NCBI GenBank assembly: GCA_963693365.1
Contig: CAVNZM010000083.1
Coordinates: 1-11,791 of the forward strand
Origin: Amoebidium appalachense
Lineage: Eukaryota; Protista; Ichthyosporea
Direction of reading: 5' to 3'
DNA: 11,791 bases
The notes under the pieces were generated by a model, which was given only the letters and a program-made list of their open reading frames with translations, was not told the origin of the DNA and ran no database searches. Each line of letters begins with the position of its first letter. Within the stretch, counting starts at the first letter, position 1. The position numbers and the translations under genes were made by a program. Of this stretch, positions 1 through 8,631 are shown one piece after another.

Positions 1-193
1 GTGGTTACACTGGCAGCGTCCGTGGTGATGGTTTTGGGGGGGAAGGGGGTGAGGGGAGTGAGGGATGTTTCGAAGAAAGAAAAGTATTGCAAGTAACAAG
101 GGGGTATAAAGACATAGGACTAAAACAAAAGGAGGGGGGAGGAGGGGGGGATACTGTAAACTTTGATGCGTCTCGGGGACACAAAATTTGGCA

Positions 194-266
194 TGGCGGG
201 TTGGGGACTCGAACCTCAATCCTCGCGGCTGCGAGCTGGGAGCTCTAAACGCTAGGCCAAAAGGTA
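194..266 (-). mobile_element. tRNA-derived SINE head / tRNA pseudogene (Pol III A and B boxes)
   Basis: The minus strand reads TGGCCTAGCGT (A-box-like, 259-249) and GGTTCGAGTCC (consensus B box, 215-205) at tRNA spacing. The T-stem TGAGG/CCCCA pairs 4/5 and the anticodon-position loop is CT-CGC-AG. The acceptor and anticodon stems do not pair, so this is not a functional tRNA. Confidence 0.7.
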
Positions 267-1107
267 CGCGCGCTGATGGCTGATCCATCATGCGACTTTT
301 GTTCCATTCGAGCGATCCAAGTACATAGCGAATACAGAGCGGATCTGTATGTAAGGGAGCACGCGAACGGCGCGGAGATGGAGAAGGGGCAAGAAAAGAG
401 AAAAGAGGGTCACGGGAAAAGATAGAGAAGGGGGGGAGGGGGGGGGGGGGGGGGGGGAATGGGAAGATGGGGGTAGAAGAGAGAGAGGCACACTTAAAAT
501 GATGTGCGAAAAAAAAAAAAAGCACTCAGCGTTACAACAAGTGGCTGTAGCCCTGCACGCATCTATACACCGCCCGGCCAAACGGTTTTCTAGACAGAGC
601 TTTACTGACTGCCAACGAAATTCCATTCGTGCGACTTAGTGCAACATCTCTACCAAGCGTGAAAATGAAAACAGAGGAAGAGAGTAAAAGGGTGTGACAA
701 AAATACCCGCGAGGCAAAACATGGAAACATAGAAACGTAATTCCGCTGGGTTCACAAGTGACAAAAGGCCTACACCTGTAAACGTGTTTCGGGCCGCCTC
801 ACCTTTTGGCCCTAAACTGTGAAGCAATAAGGGCTACGTAACATTATGATACGCCAGTCTACCCATACGAATACCACTGGTAAAAAAGATATCTAAATGA
901 TACAAAGGTGGTTGTCCAAAATGGCGACATATGTATCCAAATACCTATGTGATTTGCGACCAATGGGATCATGTATTTGCTATGGATTTTGCGCAAAAAC
1001 TGTACTGCACGGCCGCGCCTCGGAGCGTACTGTACCATACGTACAACACTGTAGTGTAGTACTACTAGTACTACTGGTAGTATAGCAGAGAACAGGAGGA
1101 ATATTAA

Positions 1108-1159
1108 CACGTACTGACGTGTTGCCGTGTTGCCACGTACTGACGTGTTGCCGCACGTG
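1108..1159. repeat. two copies of a 20-bp ACGT-rich direct repeat followed by CACGTG
   Basis: CACGTACTGACGTGTTGCCG at 1108-1127 and 1134-1153; CACGTG at 1154-1159; poly(A) at 1200-1225. Confidence 0.85.
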
Positions 1160-1228
1160 CGACGTTATACATCTACTTGTGGCGGCTTTGCGGCTTTGCA
1201 AAAAAAAAAAAAAAAAAAAAAAAAAGGA

Positions 1229-1800
1229 ATGGAAAATGGAGACACCGCCTCAGCAGGTGGTAGGGAGGAATAGTAGTGGCTAGTATTCTCTTCCAACTTC
1301 CACCTATTCACAGGTGTACGTACAATGACGCGCACGAAACAGACCGCTTTGCGGGGATAAACTGCACATACAGAACCCTAACACCCATCTTGTAGGCAGG
1401 ACACTTATCCCAACACCAGTGTTTGTCATCAGCGATGAAGAAGAAACGGCAGCCCCTATCAGGGGCACTACGTTCGATGATGCCAACAAGAGTGTTTTGA
1501 GGGAAATGATGAAGCAAGCAGTTGCAAGTTAATGAGTAGCAGTGATTCAGAAAGGCATGGCTAACAGGTTGTTCAGCATGCATCCTTTTTTTATTTATTT
1601 CATTTTTGTACCTGGCACCTAAACACTTAGGAGATGCATGTAACGTATCCAACGTCATTGTTCAGATTCCATACTTGCTAAAGAAATGGTGATGCCAAAG
1701 TAGATGCATGTAAATGATGTGTGAACAGTTCAAAAAACTTATGTGCATCTGCGTGTTCAACGCGAGTGTAATAAAAGCGCATCGGGAAACCCAGTGCAGG
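1229..1800 (+). pseudogene. putative spliced, decayed gene with an H3-tail-like peptide
   Basis: ATG 1229 MENGDTASA-G, then a GT..pyrimidine tract..CAG intron (1257-1313) joining in phase to GVRTMTRTKQTA. A 1-nt frameshift near 1350 leads into GDKLHIQNP...VISDEEETAAP...REMMKQAVA. A second possible GT-AG intron (1528-1665) joins in phase to SILAKEMVMPK*MHVNDV*TVQKTYV; both stops are one C>T change from CAG/CGA. Confidence 0.4.
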
Positions 1801-1912
1801 TAGTCACTTCTTGTGTCAGCCCTCTGCAAGGCCATCTCCAGGCAGGCAAACACCTGGATAATCCTCCCCATCATCATGGCCTTCTTTCCGTGCATACCCA
1901 CCTAGCCCTCCG

Positions 1913-2176
1913 CACCCCCTCCCCCTTCCCCCCCATCCCCACCCCCCTCCCCCCCCCCCCCCCCCTAACACCCCCCCGCACAGATACACACACGCGCGCG
2001 CACCCGAACACACACACACACACACACGCACGCGCACACACACACGCACACGCGCGCACCCACACACAAACACACACACGCACACGCACACGAACTTGCA
2101 GCGTGACACACGCACACTCGCACCCCCCCCCCCCCCCCCCCCCCCCTTTCAAAACACACACCGTGACACACACACT
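1913..2176. repeat. poly-C tracts and imperfect (CA)n/(CG)n microsatellite
   Basis: Directly visible C runs at about 1913-1977 and 2123-2146 flanking an interrupted CA repeat. Confidence 0.95.
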
Positions 2177-2239
2177 CACCAAAGGCGGAAAAAAGGGGTC
2201 ACCCGAGGATTGTCACAGTCACAGTGCGTGACAGTTGAT

Positions 2240-3430
2240 GTATCAAACGGTTGTCTTAATATATATCAGGGTTATCGTTATTGTAAAACCATGGCGAGTA
2301 TACCACAGTGGACAGCATTTTGGTATATATGTGACACAAATGGGGTACCTTGTTGTTACCCTTGTTGTTACCCTCGCCACTGAGTGGTACCAATGATGGC
2401 AGGGTGGCGAGTATACCACAGTGGACAGCATTTTGGTATATATGTGACACAAATGGGGTGCCTTGTTGTTACCCTTGTTGTTACCCTCGCCACTGAGTGG
2501 TACCACCATGGCAGGGATAACACAAAGGACAATAGATTGGTAGCAGAGTGGTATACATGTAAATATCCGTGAGAATACTTGTAGGGTACCAGGTTGTTAC
2601 CCTCGCCGTAGAGTGGTACCACACGGGCATTGATAACAAAAAGGATAAAAAAGTGGTATACAGTAAAGAGCCCCAAATGGTATCTCTATTGTTATCACTG
2701 TCACTACGGTATCAGCATGTACACAAGTGCGTACGCCAAATATTTAGCCTTTGACATACACGATGGTACCCAAATGTTATCTAATGTTACCACAGCTATC
2801 CCCGTGTAGCATACTGTGTAACATTTGTATTATCCTGGCGCCTCCCCCTAGACCTAACCCTCTGACATATAGTAATCTCGGTATGTCCTGATTGGCATAA
2901 AATTGGTGTAAAAGTTCAACTTTTTCACACAACTTGCTGTCCCCCGTTTTTACCCCCCTGACTCAATCCGGGGGATATCACAAGGGTTACAAACGGATGC
3001 CCAAAAATACGCAGAAGGTTGCAATTGCTATCTTATAAGATACAAGTATGCTATAGGGTTGGTATATCGGGATTGGTACCCCCGTATGCCTTAATGTCAC
3101 CATATTGTTACCCTCGCCTATATGTTACAATTGGTACAGATAAAGTATACACATAATTATACAATATGTTGTACACTATGGTAGACACAATGTTAACATT
3201 GACACTGTGTCACCTTTGGTAACATCTGCGTAACACAATGTATAACCTAAGCAGTTATACAGGAATGTACCACTGCCATGATGTTACCAATACGCTATCA
3301 CGACGTTATCATATTGTACAGGGATAGCATTGAGGTGACCACTGCGTATAATATCGTGTATACAAGGTTACAAGCGTGTATACCATTGTGTCATGGATAA
3401 CCTTTCGTATACCAATGTCACCCAAAGTAA
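2240..3430. repeat. AT-rich degenerate repeat block (GTTAC/GTAAC/GGTACC/GTATAC motifs), possibly transposon subterminal DNA
   Basis: The same short motifs recur many times on both strands, there is no credible ORF, and composition switches abruptly to GC-rich near 3430. Confidence 0.55.
2292..2516. repeat. 113-bp tandem duplication with internal CCTTGTTGTTAC repeat
   Basis: TGGCGAGTATACCACAGTGGACAGC...GAGTGGTACCA..ATGGCAGGG at 2292-2404 and 2405-2516; partial further copies (TTGTTACCCTCGCC) near 2594 and 3105. Confidence 0.95.
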
Positions 3431-3995
3431 CGGGGGTAGGTTTGCTGATGCAGGAGGGCTGCGGGGGTGAACTTATACAGGTCGACGAAACGATTGGCGC
3501 GCAAATCTGCCAGCACATCCGCAGGGGGAAGCGGCGCCGGCAGTGTGCCCGGCCGAATGTCGCCAGTGTTCTCACCTGTAATGGGGGGCGCGGGCAGGGC
3601 AGGTAGGTCCAGGTCAGGGCCGAGATGCAGCCCCGGGGAAACCTCCTCGGGTGCGGAGGGTGCGGCGGGGGGCGCGGGAGGGTCGCGGTTGGTGAGAGCG
3701 GCCAGGACGCCAGCCATCTGGGTGCTGATGGCGGTGAGGGCGGCAAGGACGGCGTCTTCAAGTTGAGAAGTCATCGGAGGGGACGGCGGGGCCTGAGGAG
3801 GGACTTCAGCCTGAGGAGTAGAGGGGAGAGTAGCCGGAGGGTCCGTGATGGTGTGGGCCTCCGGAGGCGCGTCAGGGCCCGCGGGAGCGTTGGTCAGCCT
3901 GTGGCGGAGGTCGCTGCGGGTCAGGCGCTTACTAGTAGGTGCCGCGGCAGGGGCGGTGGCTGAGGCCTGGCGCTTGCCAAGTTTTTCGGCGGCAT
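3418..3995 (-). pseudogene. truncated gag-like ORF1 of a probable DIRS/Ngaro (tyrosine-recombinase) retroelement
   Basis: Basic MPPK start at 3995, put out of frame by an 8-bp insertion at 3974-3981 relative to the duplicate copy. Pro/Ala-rich linker, a short amphipathic helix (LEDAVLAALTAISTQMAGVLAAL), then VLADLRANRFVDLYKFTP, which resembles the recalled 'I..g.f/yVD...l.P' motif of DIRS-type ORF1. It is cut off where the AT-rich block begins. The family call rests on recalled motif resemblance only. Confidence 0.5.
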
Positions 3996-4085
3996 GCTGA
4001 CCGGCGGAGGGAAAGATAGGGAGAATGAAAAGGAATATAGCTGTAAGGCTGTGGGTGCTAAACACAGAAGATGTGTTTGTAGCTT

Positions 4086-4360
4086 GCATTCTAGGCGGGG
4101 GACCAGACAGAGTGAATGGAGGTAACTTCCATTTTTAGCAAAAAAAATTGGACGCCGCATCCTTGGCGGGGAACAAGACCCAGTGAATGGACGCCGCATT
4201 CTTGGCGGGGGACCAGACGGAGTGAATGGAGGTAACTTCCTTTTTTAGCAGAAACATTGGATGCCGCATTTTTGGTGGGGGACCAGACGGAGTGAATGGA
4301 GGTAGACTCCTTTTTTAGCAAGGAATTTGGATGCCGCATTTTTGGTGGGGGACCAGACGG
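4086..4360. repeat. array of five ~70/40-bp subrepeats upstream of the gag-like ORF (copy 1)
   Basis: Core GGGGACCAGACGGAGTGAATGGA, with GACCAG-like anchors at 4101, 4171, 4211, 4281 and 4351 (periods 70, 40, 70, 70). Confidence 0.95.
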
Positions 4361-4453
4361 AGATGGTGATCGAGAGATAGCCCAATCCTGGGAATAAGTG
4401 GAAATAATTTCCGGAAATTTCCGTTTTCAGGGATTTCCGGAAATGCACGGAAA

Positions 4454-4624
4454 TCACAGACGAATGTATGTAGGCTGGCAGATTGTTTTGTGGGCCTCCG
4501 GAGGCGTGTCAGGGCCCGCGGGAGCGTTGGTCAGCCTGTGGCGGAGGTCGCTGCGGGTCACTGGCAGGCGCTTAGGTGCCGCGGCAGGAGCGGTGGCTGA
4601 GGCCTGGCGCTTTTTCGGCGGCAT
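4454..4624 (-). pseudogene. duplicate 5' end of the gag-like ORF (MPPKKRQASATAPAAAPKRLPVTRSDLRHRLTNAPAGPDTPPEAH, truncated at the duplication junction)
   Basis: In-frame ATG at 4624; the frame crosses the junction at about 4490 and stops at TGA 4456-4454. Confidence 0.65.
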
Positions 4625-4714
4625 GCTGACCGGCGGAGGGAAAGATAGGGAGAATGAAAAGGAATATAGCTGTAAGGCTGTGGGTGCTAAACACAGAAGA
4701 TGTGTTTGTAGCTT

Positions 4715-4990
4715 GCATTCTAAGCGGGGGACCAGACAGAGTGAATGGATGTAACTTGCTTTTCTTAGGAAAAAAGAATGGACGCCAAATTGTTGGCGGG
4801 GAACCAGACGGAGTGAATGGACGCCGCATTCTTGGCGGGGGACCAGACGGAGTGAATGGAGGTAACTTCCTTTTTAGCAGAAAAATTGGAGGCCGCATTC
4901 TTGGCGGGGGACCAGACGGAGTGAATGGAGGTAACTTCCTTTTTTAGCAAGGAATTTGGATGCCGCATTTTTGGTGGGGGACCAGACGGA
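4715..4990. repeat. array of five ~70/40-bp subrepeats (copy 2)
   Basis: Anchors at 4730, 4801, 4841, 4910 and 4980, with the same long-short-long-long pattern as copy 1. Confidence 0.95.
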
Positions 4991-6348
4991 GATGGTGATC
5001 GAGAGATAGCCCAATCCTGGGAATAAGTGGAAATAATTTCCGGAAATTTCCGTTTTCAGGGATTTCCGGAAATGCACGGAAATCACAGACGAATGTATGT
5101 AGGCTGGCAGATTGTTTTGCAATTAACTTGTTGAAACTGGATATTTTTCCGGGAATTTTCTTAAATCATTTCATCTTGCGCCAAAACGGAAAGTTCCACA
5201 AAAATGATACCAGTACCAGCACCTTTGTCACAGAGAATAGATACGTGCCATTGGATTATGAACATGCACTCCGGGTAAAGTTTAACTCCCCCCTGTAGTC
5301 CGGATGATTCACATGAAAATGAATCAATTTTGTGGCGCTTCTCAATTGAATTTACCCTGTGGTCAAAAAATACATGTTACTTAAGCAAGAACTTAGTTTT
5401 GGTAGTCAAAAAACGCTCATATAATTTTTTTTGGGTGTTTATGTCTATATTTTTCATGTTACTTAGAGACGTTTGAGAGGTGGTGCGAGCTCCAAACAAT
5501 GTGAATCAATCTGAAAACAATGTGAATCAACTGGGGCATAAGCTCCGACGCATGCAGATAGCGGCGCGGGTGTGGATCAGAGATAACACCAGAAATAGGG
5601 GTGCTCTTTGATGGAAAGAACTGTTGTTTGAGGGGTGTCGTTCCGTATTTGGGCTTCATAGCTTACTATATATTAGAGATAGCTTATGCTTTTTTTTGAC
5701 AACAAAATAAACCGGATATATGTTCATGATCATGCAATCGATGACACCAAAGCATGCACGCTGCGCGCATACACTGTCATTCATATATATGCTAATGTTC
5801 AGCCCCTGAAATGCCCAAACCTTTAAATTGAAAAACACAAAAATTTTCATTTGGGGGGGGTAAGTACACAAGCAAGTACTCCCTTCACTCGGCATGAAGT
5901 TGGCAAAGGAATCAAAACGCTGCCGCGTATATCTATCCCTTTCATACGGGCCGGTTCAGTAGTCACGGGTATACAACCGTGCAGAGACCCAAACCGTTTT
6001 AGCGATCCGATTAGGTAGCTTTTTGGCCCGAAAGTCACTTTCCAAATTGGGAGCGATAACGATTTTCATTGGACAAAAGTTTCAGATCATACTATATAAG
6101 GCAGCTGCGCATGGATCTAAAGGTCACTTTTTGGGGCTAACAAGGGTTCAGCGTGTAGAACGGCGGGCCGGGCCGGGTCCGGGCCCGCGCCGCCAATTCG
6201 CGACTTCGAGTCGCGACTCACATGATCACGGCCGCGCCAGCCGGGGGGCCATGTGATCCGACATATCATACTAATTAGTGACTAAGTGACACGTGCAGCG
6301 TGCGAGGGCTTTTAATGCCGGCATGTCATAGTGCCTGCCAAATGAAAA

Positions 6349-6516
6349 GCGTGTGTCTGTAGGTGTGTGTGTTGTGTGCGCGCATGTGTGTGAGTGGGTG
6401 GGTGGGTGGGTGGGTGGGTGGGTGGGTGCCGGGTGGGTGGGTGTATGTGTGCGCGTGCGTGCGTGTGTGTGTGTGTGTGTGTGGCGGTGTGCACATGTGT
6501 GTACGGTGTGCGTTCG

Positions 6517-6604
<88 letters not shown>

Positions 6605-6616
6605 GTCTTACGGTGT

Positions 6617-6685
<69 letters not shown>

Positions 6686-6773
6686 CGGAGAACGTATGTG
6701 TAAGTGTGTGTGTGTGTGCGACTATGATGTGTGTGTCATTATGGTGAACATTGTGTGTGCATGTGTGTGCACC

Positions 6774-6818
<45 letters not shown>

Positions 6819-6823
6819 TGTGT

Positions 6824-6893
<70 letters not shown>

Positions 6894-6927
6894 TGTATGT
6901 GTGTGCACGGCCGGGTGTGTGTGTGTG
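6349..6927. repeat. compound microsatellite (TG)n with (GGGT)n and (TGCG)n blocks
   Basis: Directly visible; about 580 bp, mostly alternating purine-pyrimidine. Confidence 0.98.
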
Positions 6928-6934
6928 ACTACAA

Positions 6935-7005
6935 TAAGGGGCGCGGCACCCCGTGAATGGTGACGTCACAAGTGACGTCACATTCACGCGGTCCCGCACC
7001 CCTTA
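6935..7005. repeat. 71-bp inverted repeat (hairpin) with two GTGACGTCAC palindromes; possible TA-flanked MITE or cis element
   Basis: Left arm TAAGGGGCGCGGCACCCCGTGAATGGTGACGTCAC versus reverse complement of the right arm TAAGGGGTGCGGGACCGCGTGAATGTGACGTCAC: 3 mismatches and 1 indel, AA loop at 6970-6971, TA at both ends. Confidence 0.9.
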
Positions 7006-7090
7006 GGATATGGGATATGTGAATATGAGATATGTGATATCTGTGTACACATATCGCGATATGGGATATATGTGATATGGGTGGATATAT
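7006..7090. repeat. degenerate GATAT(G) short tandem array
   Basis: GGATATGGGATATGTGAATATGAGATATGTGATATC...GATATGGGATATATGTGATATGG, with a period of about 7 bp. Confidence 0.85.
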
Positions 7091-7099
7091 GTACATGAG

Positions 7100-7520
7100 C
7101 ACGTGCACACACTGTGTGTGTGTGTGTGTGTGTAAAACACGTGCAGAGCACGTGGTTTTAATTAAATGATTAAACAATTAAAGAGAGAGAGAGGGCGTGT
7201 CACGTGTACGCGTACGTGTACGCGTACATGTGGTGCGTACATGTACACAAGTGCGGATCAAAGGAATGCGAAGGTTTGCGCAAGGCGTCCAATGGGAATT
7301 CGAATTCTGAATTCCATGTACAAGGCGTCCAATGGTATTACGGATGCGCAGGGCGGCCAATGATAATTCGGCTCAAAAAAGCAAATTGCCGCACAAGGCG
7401 TCCAATCGGAATCTAGACTGGCACATGTGGTTCTAGGTGTCCAATGAGGGCACAGGGAACAGGGATTACGGTCCTCATTGGCCAGAAACGCACCCTGCAT
7501 CCTACCGCCGTGTACATAAA
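7100..7520 (+). promoter_or_regulatory. putative Pol II promoter/enhancer of the 7632 ORF
   Basis: CACGTG at 7100, 7138, 7149 and 7201; ACGCGT at 7208 and 7220; CCAAT at 7289, 7329, 7357, 7402 and 7441, and reversed at 7477 (three within an identical CAAGGCGTCCAAT); TATA-like TACATAAA at 7513-7520. Confidence 0.65.
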
Positions 7521-7631
7521 CAGCCGCACACAGGCAACATCTCACCAACCAAACATGAGCCAGACACTCAGCAGTCACAGTCGAGGTGCACACCACAGTA
7601 ACGTTCACCACACCCCCCAAGCAACAGCAAA

Positions 7632-8477
7632 ATGGTCAAGCCAACCCTGCTGCGTCAAATGACTGGTCTGTCCACCGTCAAAAGGACCAGCATCGCCGCG
7701 GCAAGCAGTGGCAAAGAAAACATCAACAGCAGCGTTGAGGGGGCCAAGATGGTGCAGTACAAGGAGGTGTTCCTCAACGGTGTGGGCAAGGCCACCATGG
7801 GTGCACCCTGGGTCATGAACGACGTGCTGGTGGTGCAGCTGTACAACCTGCCCAACATCAACATCAACGGGCAGATGTTGATTGAACTGGGCACCCACCT
7901 GTCTGCCTACGACAAAACCACAATCAAGATCAAGTCCCAGCGCCACCCTGAGCCCTTTGAGGTGGCCTACGCCGTTGGCCTGTGGCCCTACGTGTGCAGC
8001 ATGGCCAAGGACGTGCTGTGGATGCACAAGGACCACGAGATGCTCAAGGATGTCGATCTGGACACCGTTGCCGTCAAGACCAGCAGCAGCCTGTGGTCCA
8101 GACACAGCCCCAACCTGTACGAGGTGCTGGGTGCCAACCCCGTCAGCAAGGCGGACATGGAGGGGGCACTGGGCGACACCTACTTCAACGTGACGGTGGA
8201 ATTGCCCAACCCCACTGGCCGCAACCCCTGCCTCTTCAAGCTGGGCAACAACGCGGCCTCTGTGGATGAGTTTGTGGAGTTTATGAACTCCCAGCGTGCC
8301 AAGTGCCGTGAGGTTACTGCATGGGTGTCTGCTGCCGCCACCAGCGTCATCTACAACAAGAAAAACAACACTGTGCGCACCAAGCTCGTTGCCCGCAAGG
8401 TTCAGGTTTTTGATTTAGACGGTCTGATGGAGTTGGTCAGTGATGGTGCGGGTAGTGAGGGGGAGGGGGTGATGTAG
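7632..8477 (+). CDS. intronless hypothetical protein, 281 aa as sequenced (probably 305 aa ending at 8548); candidate viral-type ssDNA-binding/replication accessory protein
   Basis: Long ORF with visibly strong G/C-ending codon bias, good start context (GCAAAATGG), globular beta-rich sequence and an acidic Gly-rich tail after KLVARKVQVFD. Promoter motifs lie upstream and AATAAA downstream. The function is inference only. Confidence 0.85.
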   Translation: MVKPTLLRQMTGLSTVKRTSIAAASSGKENINSSVEGAKMVQYKEVFLNGVGKATMGAPWVMNDVLVVQLYNLPNININGQMLIELGTHLSAYDKTTIKIKSQRHPEPFEVAYAVGLWPYVCSMAKDVLWMHKDHEMLKDVDLDTVAVKTSSSLWSRHSPNLYEVLGANPVSKADMEGALGDTYFNVTVELPNPTGRNPCLFKLGNNAASVDEFVEFMNSQRAKCREVTAWVSAAATSVIYNKKNNTVRTKLVARKVQVFDLDGLMELVSDGAGSEGEGVM

Positions 8478-8600
8478 ACATGGGGCAGGCTAAGCGTGCT
8501 GGCACGCCCATGCCTGGGGAGGACAAGGCCAAAATGCTCAGGATGTAATAGGCACATGTCTGTTTATTCAGAATCTCTTTACCTCCGGGTGATGCCACGA

Positions 8601-8631
8601 AATAAACTTCTTCCCAAAAAAAAAAAAAAAA
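8601..8631 (+). terminator. AATAAA polyadenylation-like signal followed by genomic A16
   Basis: AATAAA at 8601-8606 and an A-run at 8616-8631, just downstream of the ORF. Confidence 0.5.

Larger units (their letters stand above)
3852..5119. repeat. diverged ~630-bp tandem duplication (3852-4490 and 4489-5119)
   Basis: Both copies run TGTGGGCCTCCGGAGGCG...GGCTGGCAGATTGTTTTG and overlap by a TG at 4489-4490; they differ by substitutions and small indels. Confidence 0.97.

Noticed and set aside
194-266. functional tRNA-Ala(CGC)
   Set aside because: The acceptor and anticodon stems cannot pair; only the A/B boxes and T-arm are retained.
3996-4089. upstream ATG 4089 giving a hydrophobic signal-like N-terminus to the 223-aa ORF
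   Set aside because: The duplicate copy shows the native start is MPPKK; the extension is in frame only because of the 8-bp insertion and is pyrimidine-rich leader sequence.
4086-4990. CRISPR-like appearance of ~40-bp repeats with ~30-bp intervening segments
   Set aside because: The intervening segments are near-identical to each other rather than unique spacers, there are no cas genes and the context is eukaryotic.
5459-6038. short minus-strand ORFs as possible transposase fragments
   Set aside because: No recognisable motif or codon bias, so coding status cannot be supported.
1008-6238. shared 12-mer CACGGCCGCGCC at 1008 and 6227
   Set aside because: A single 12-bp match is expected by chance in a window this size and the flanks do not align.
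6312-6963. ORFs with HT/CV dipeptide repeats (also 1743-2231 and 8856-9751)
   Set aside because: These are stop-free translations of (CA)n/(TG)n microsatellites.
7281-7445. CAAGGCGTCCAAT repeats with unique spacers read as a mini-CRISPR
   Set aside because: The repeat is only 13-15 bp with irregular spacing and sits directly upstream of a gene; promoter CCAAT boxes explain it better.
7605-8269. overlapping and antisense ORFs inside the 281-aa gene (similarly 9972-10988 and 11126-11734)
   Set aside because: Shadow frames expected from the GC-biased codons of the main ORFs.
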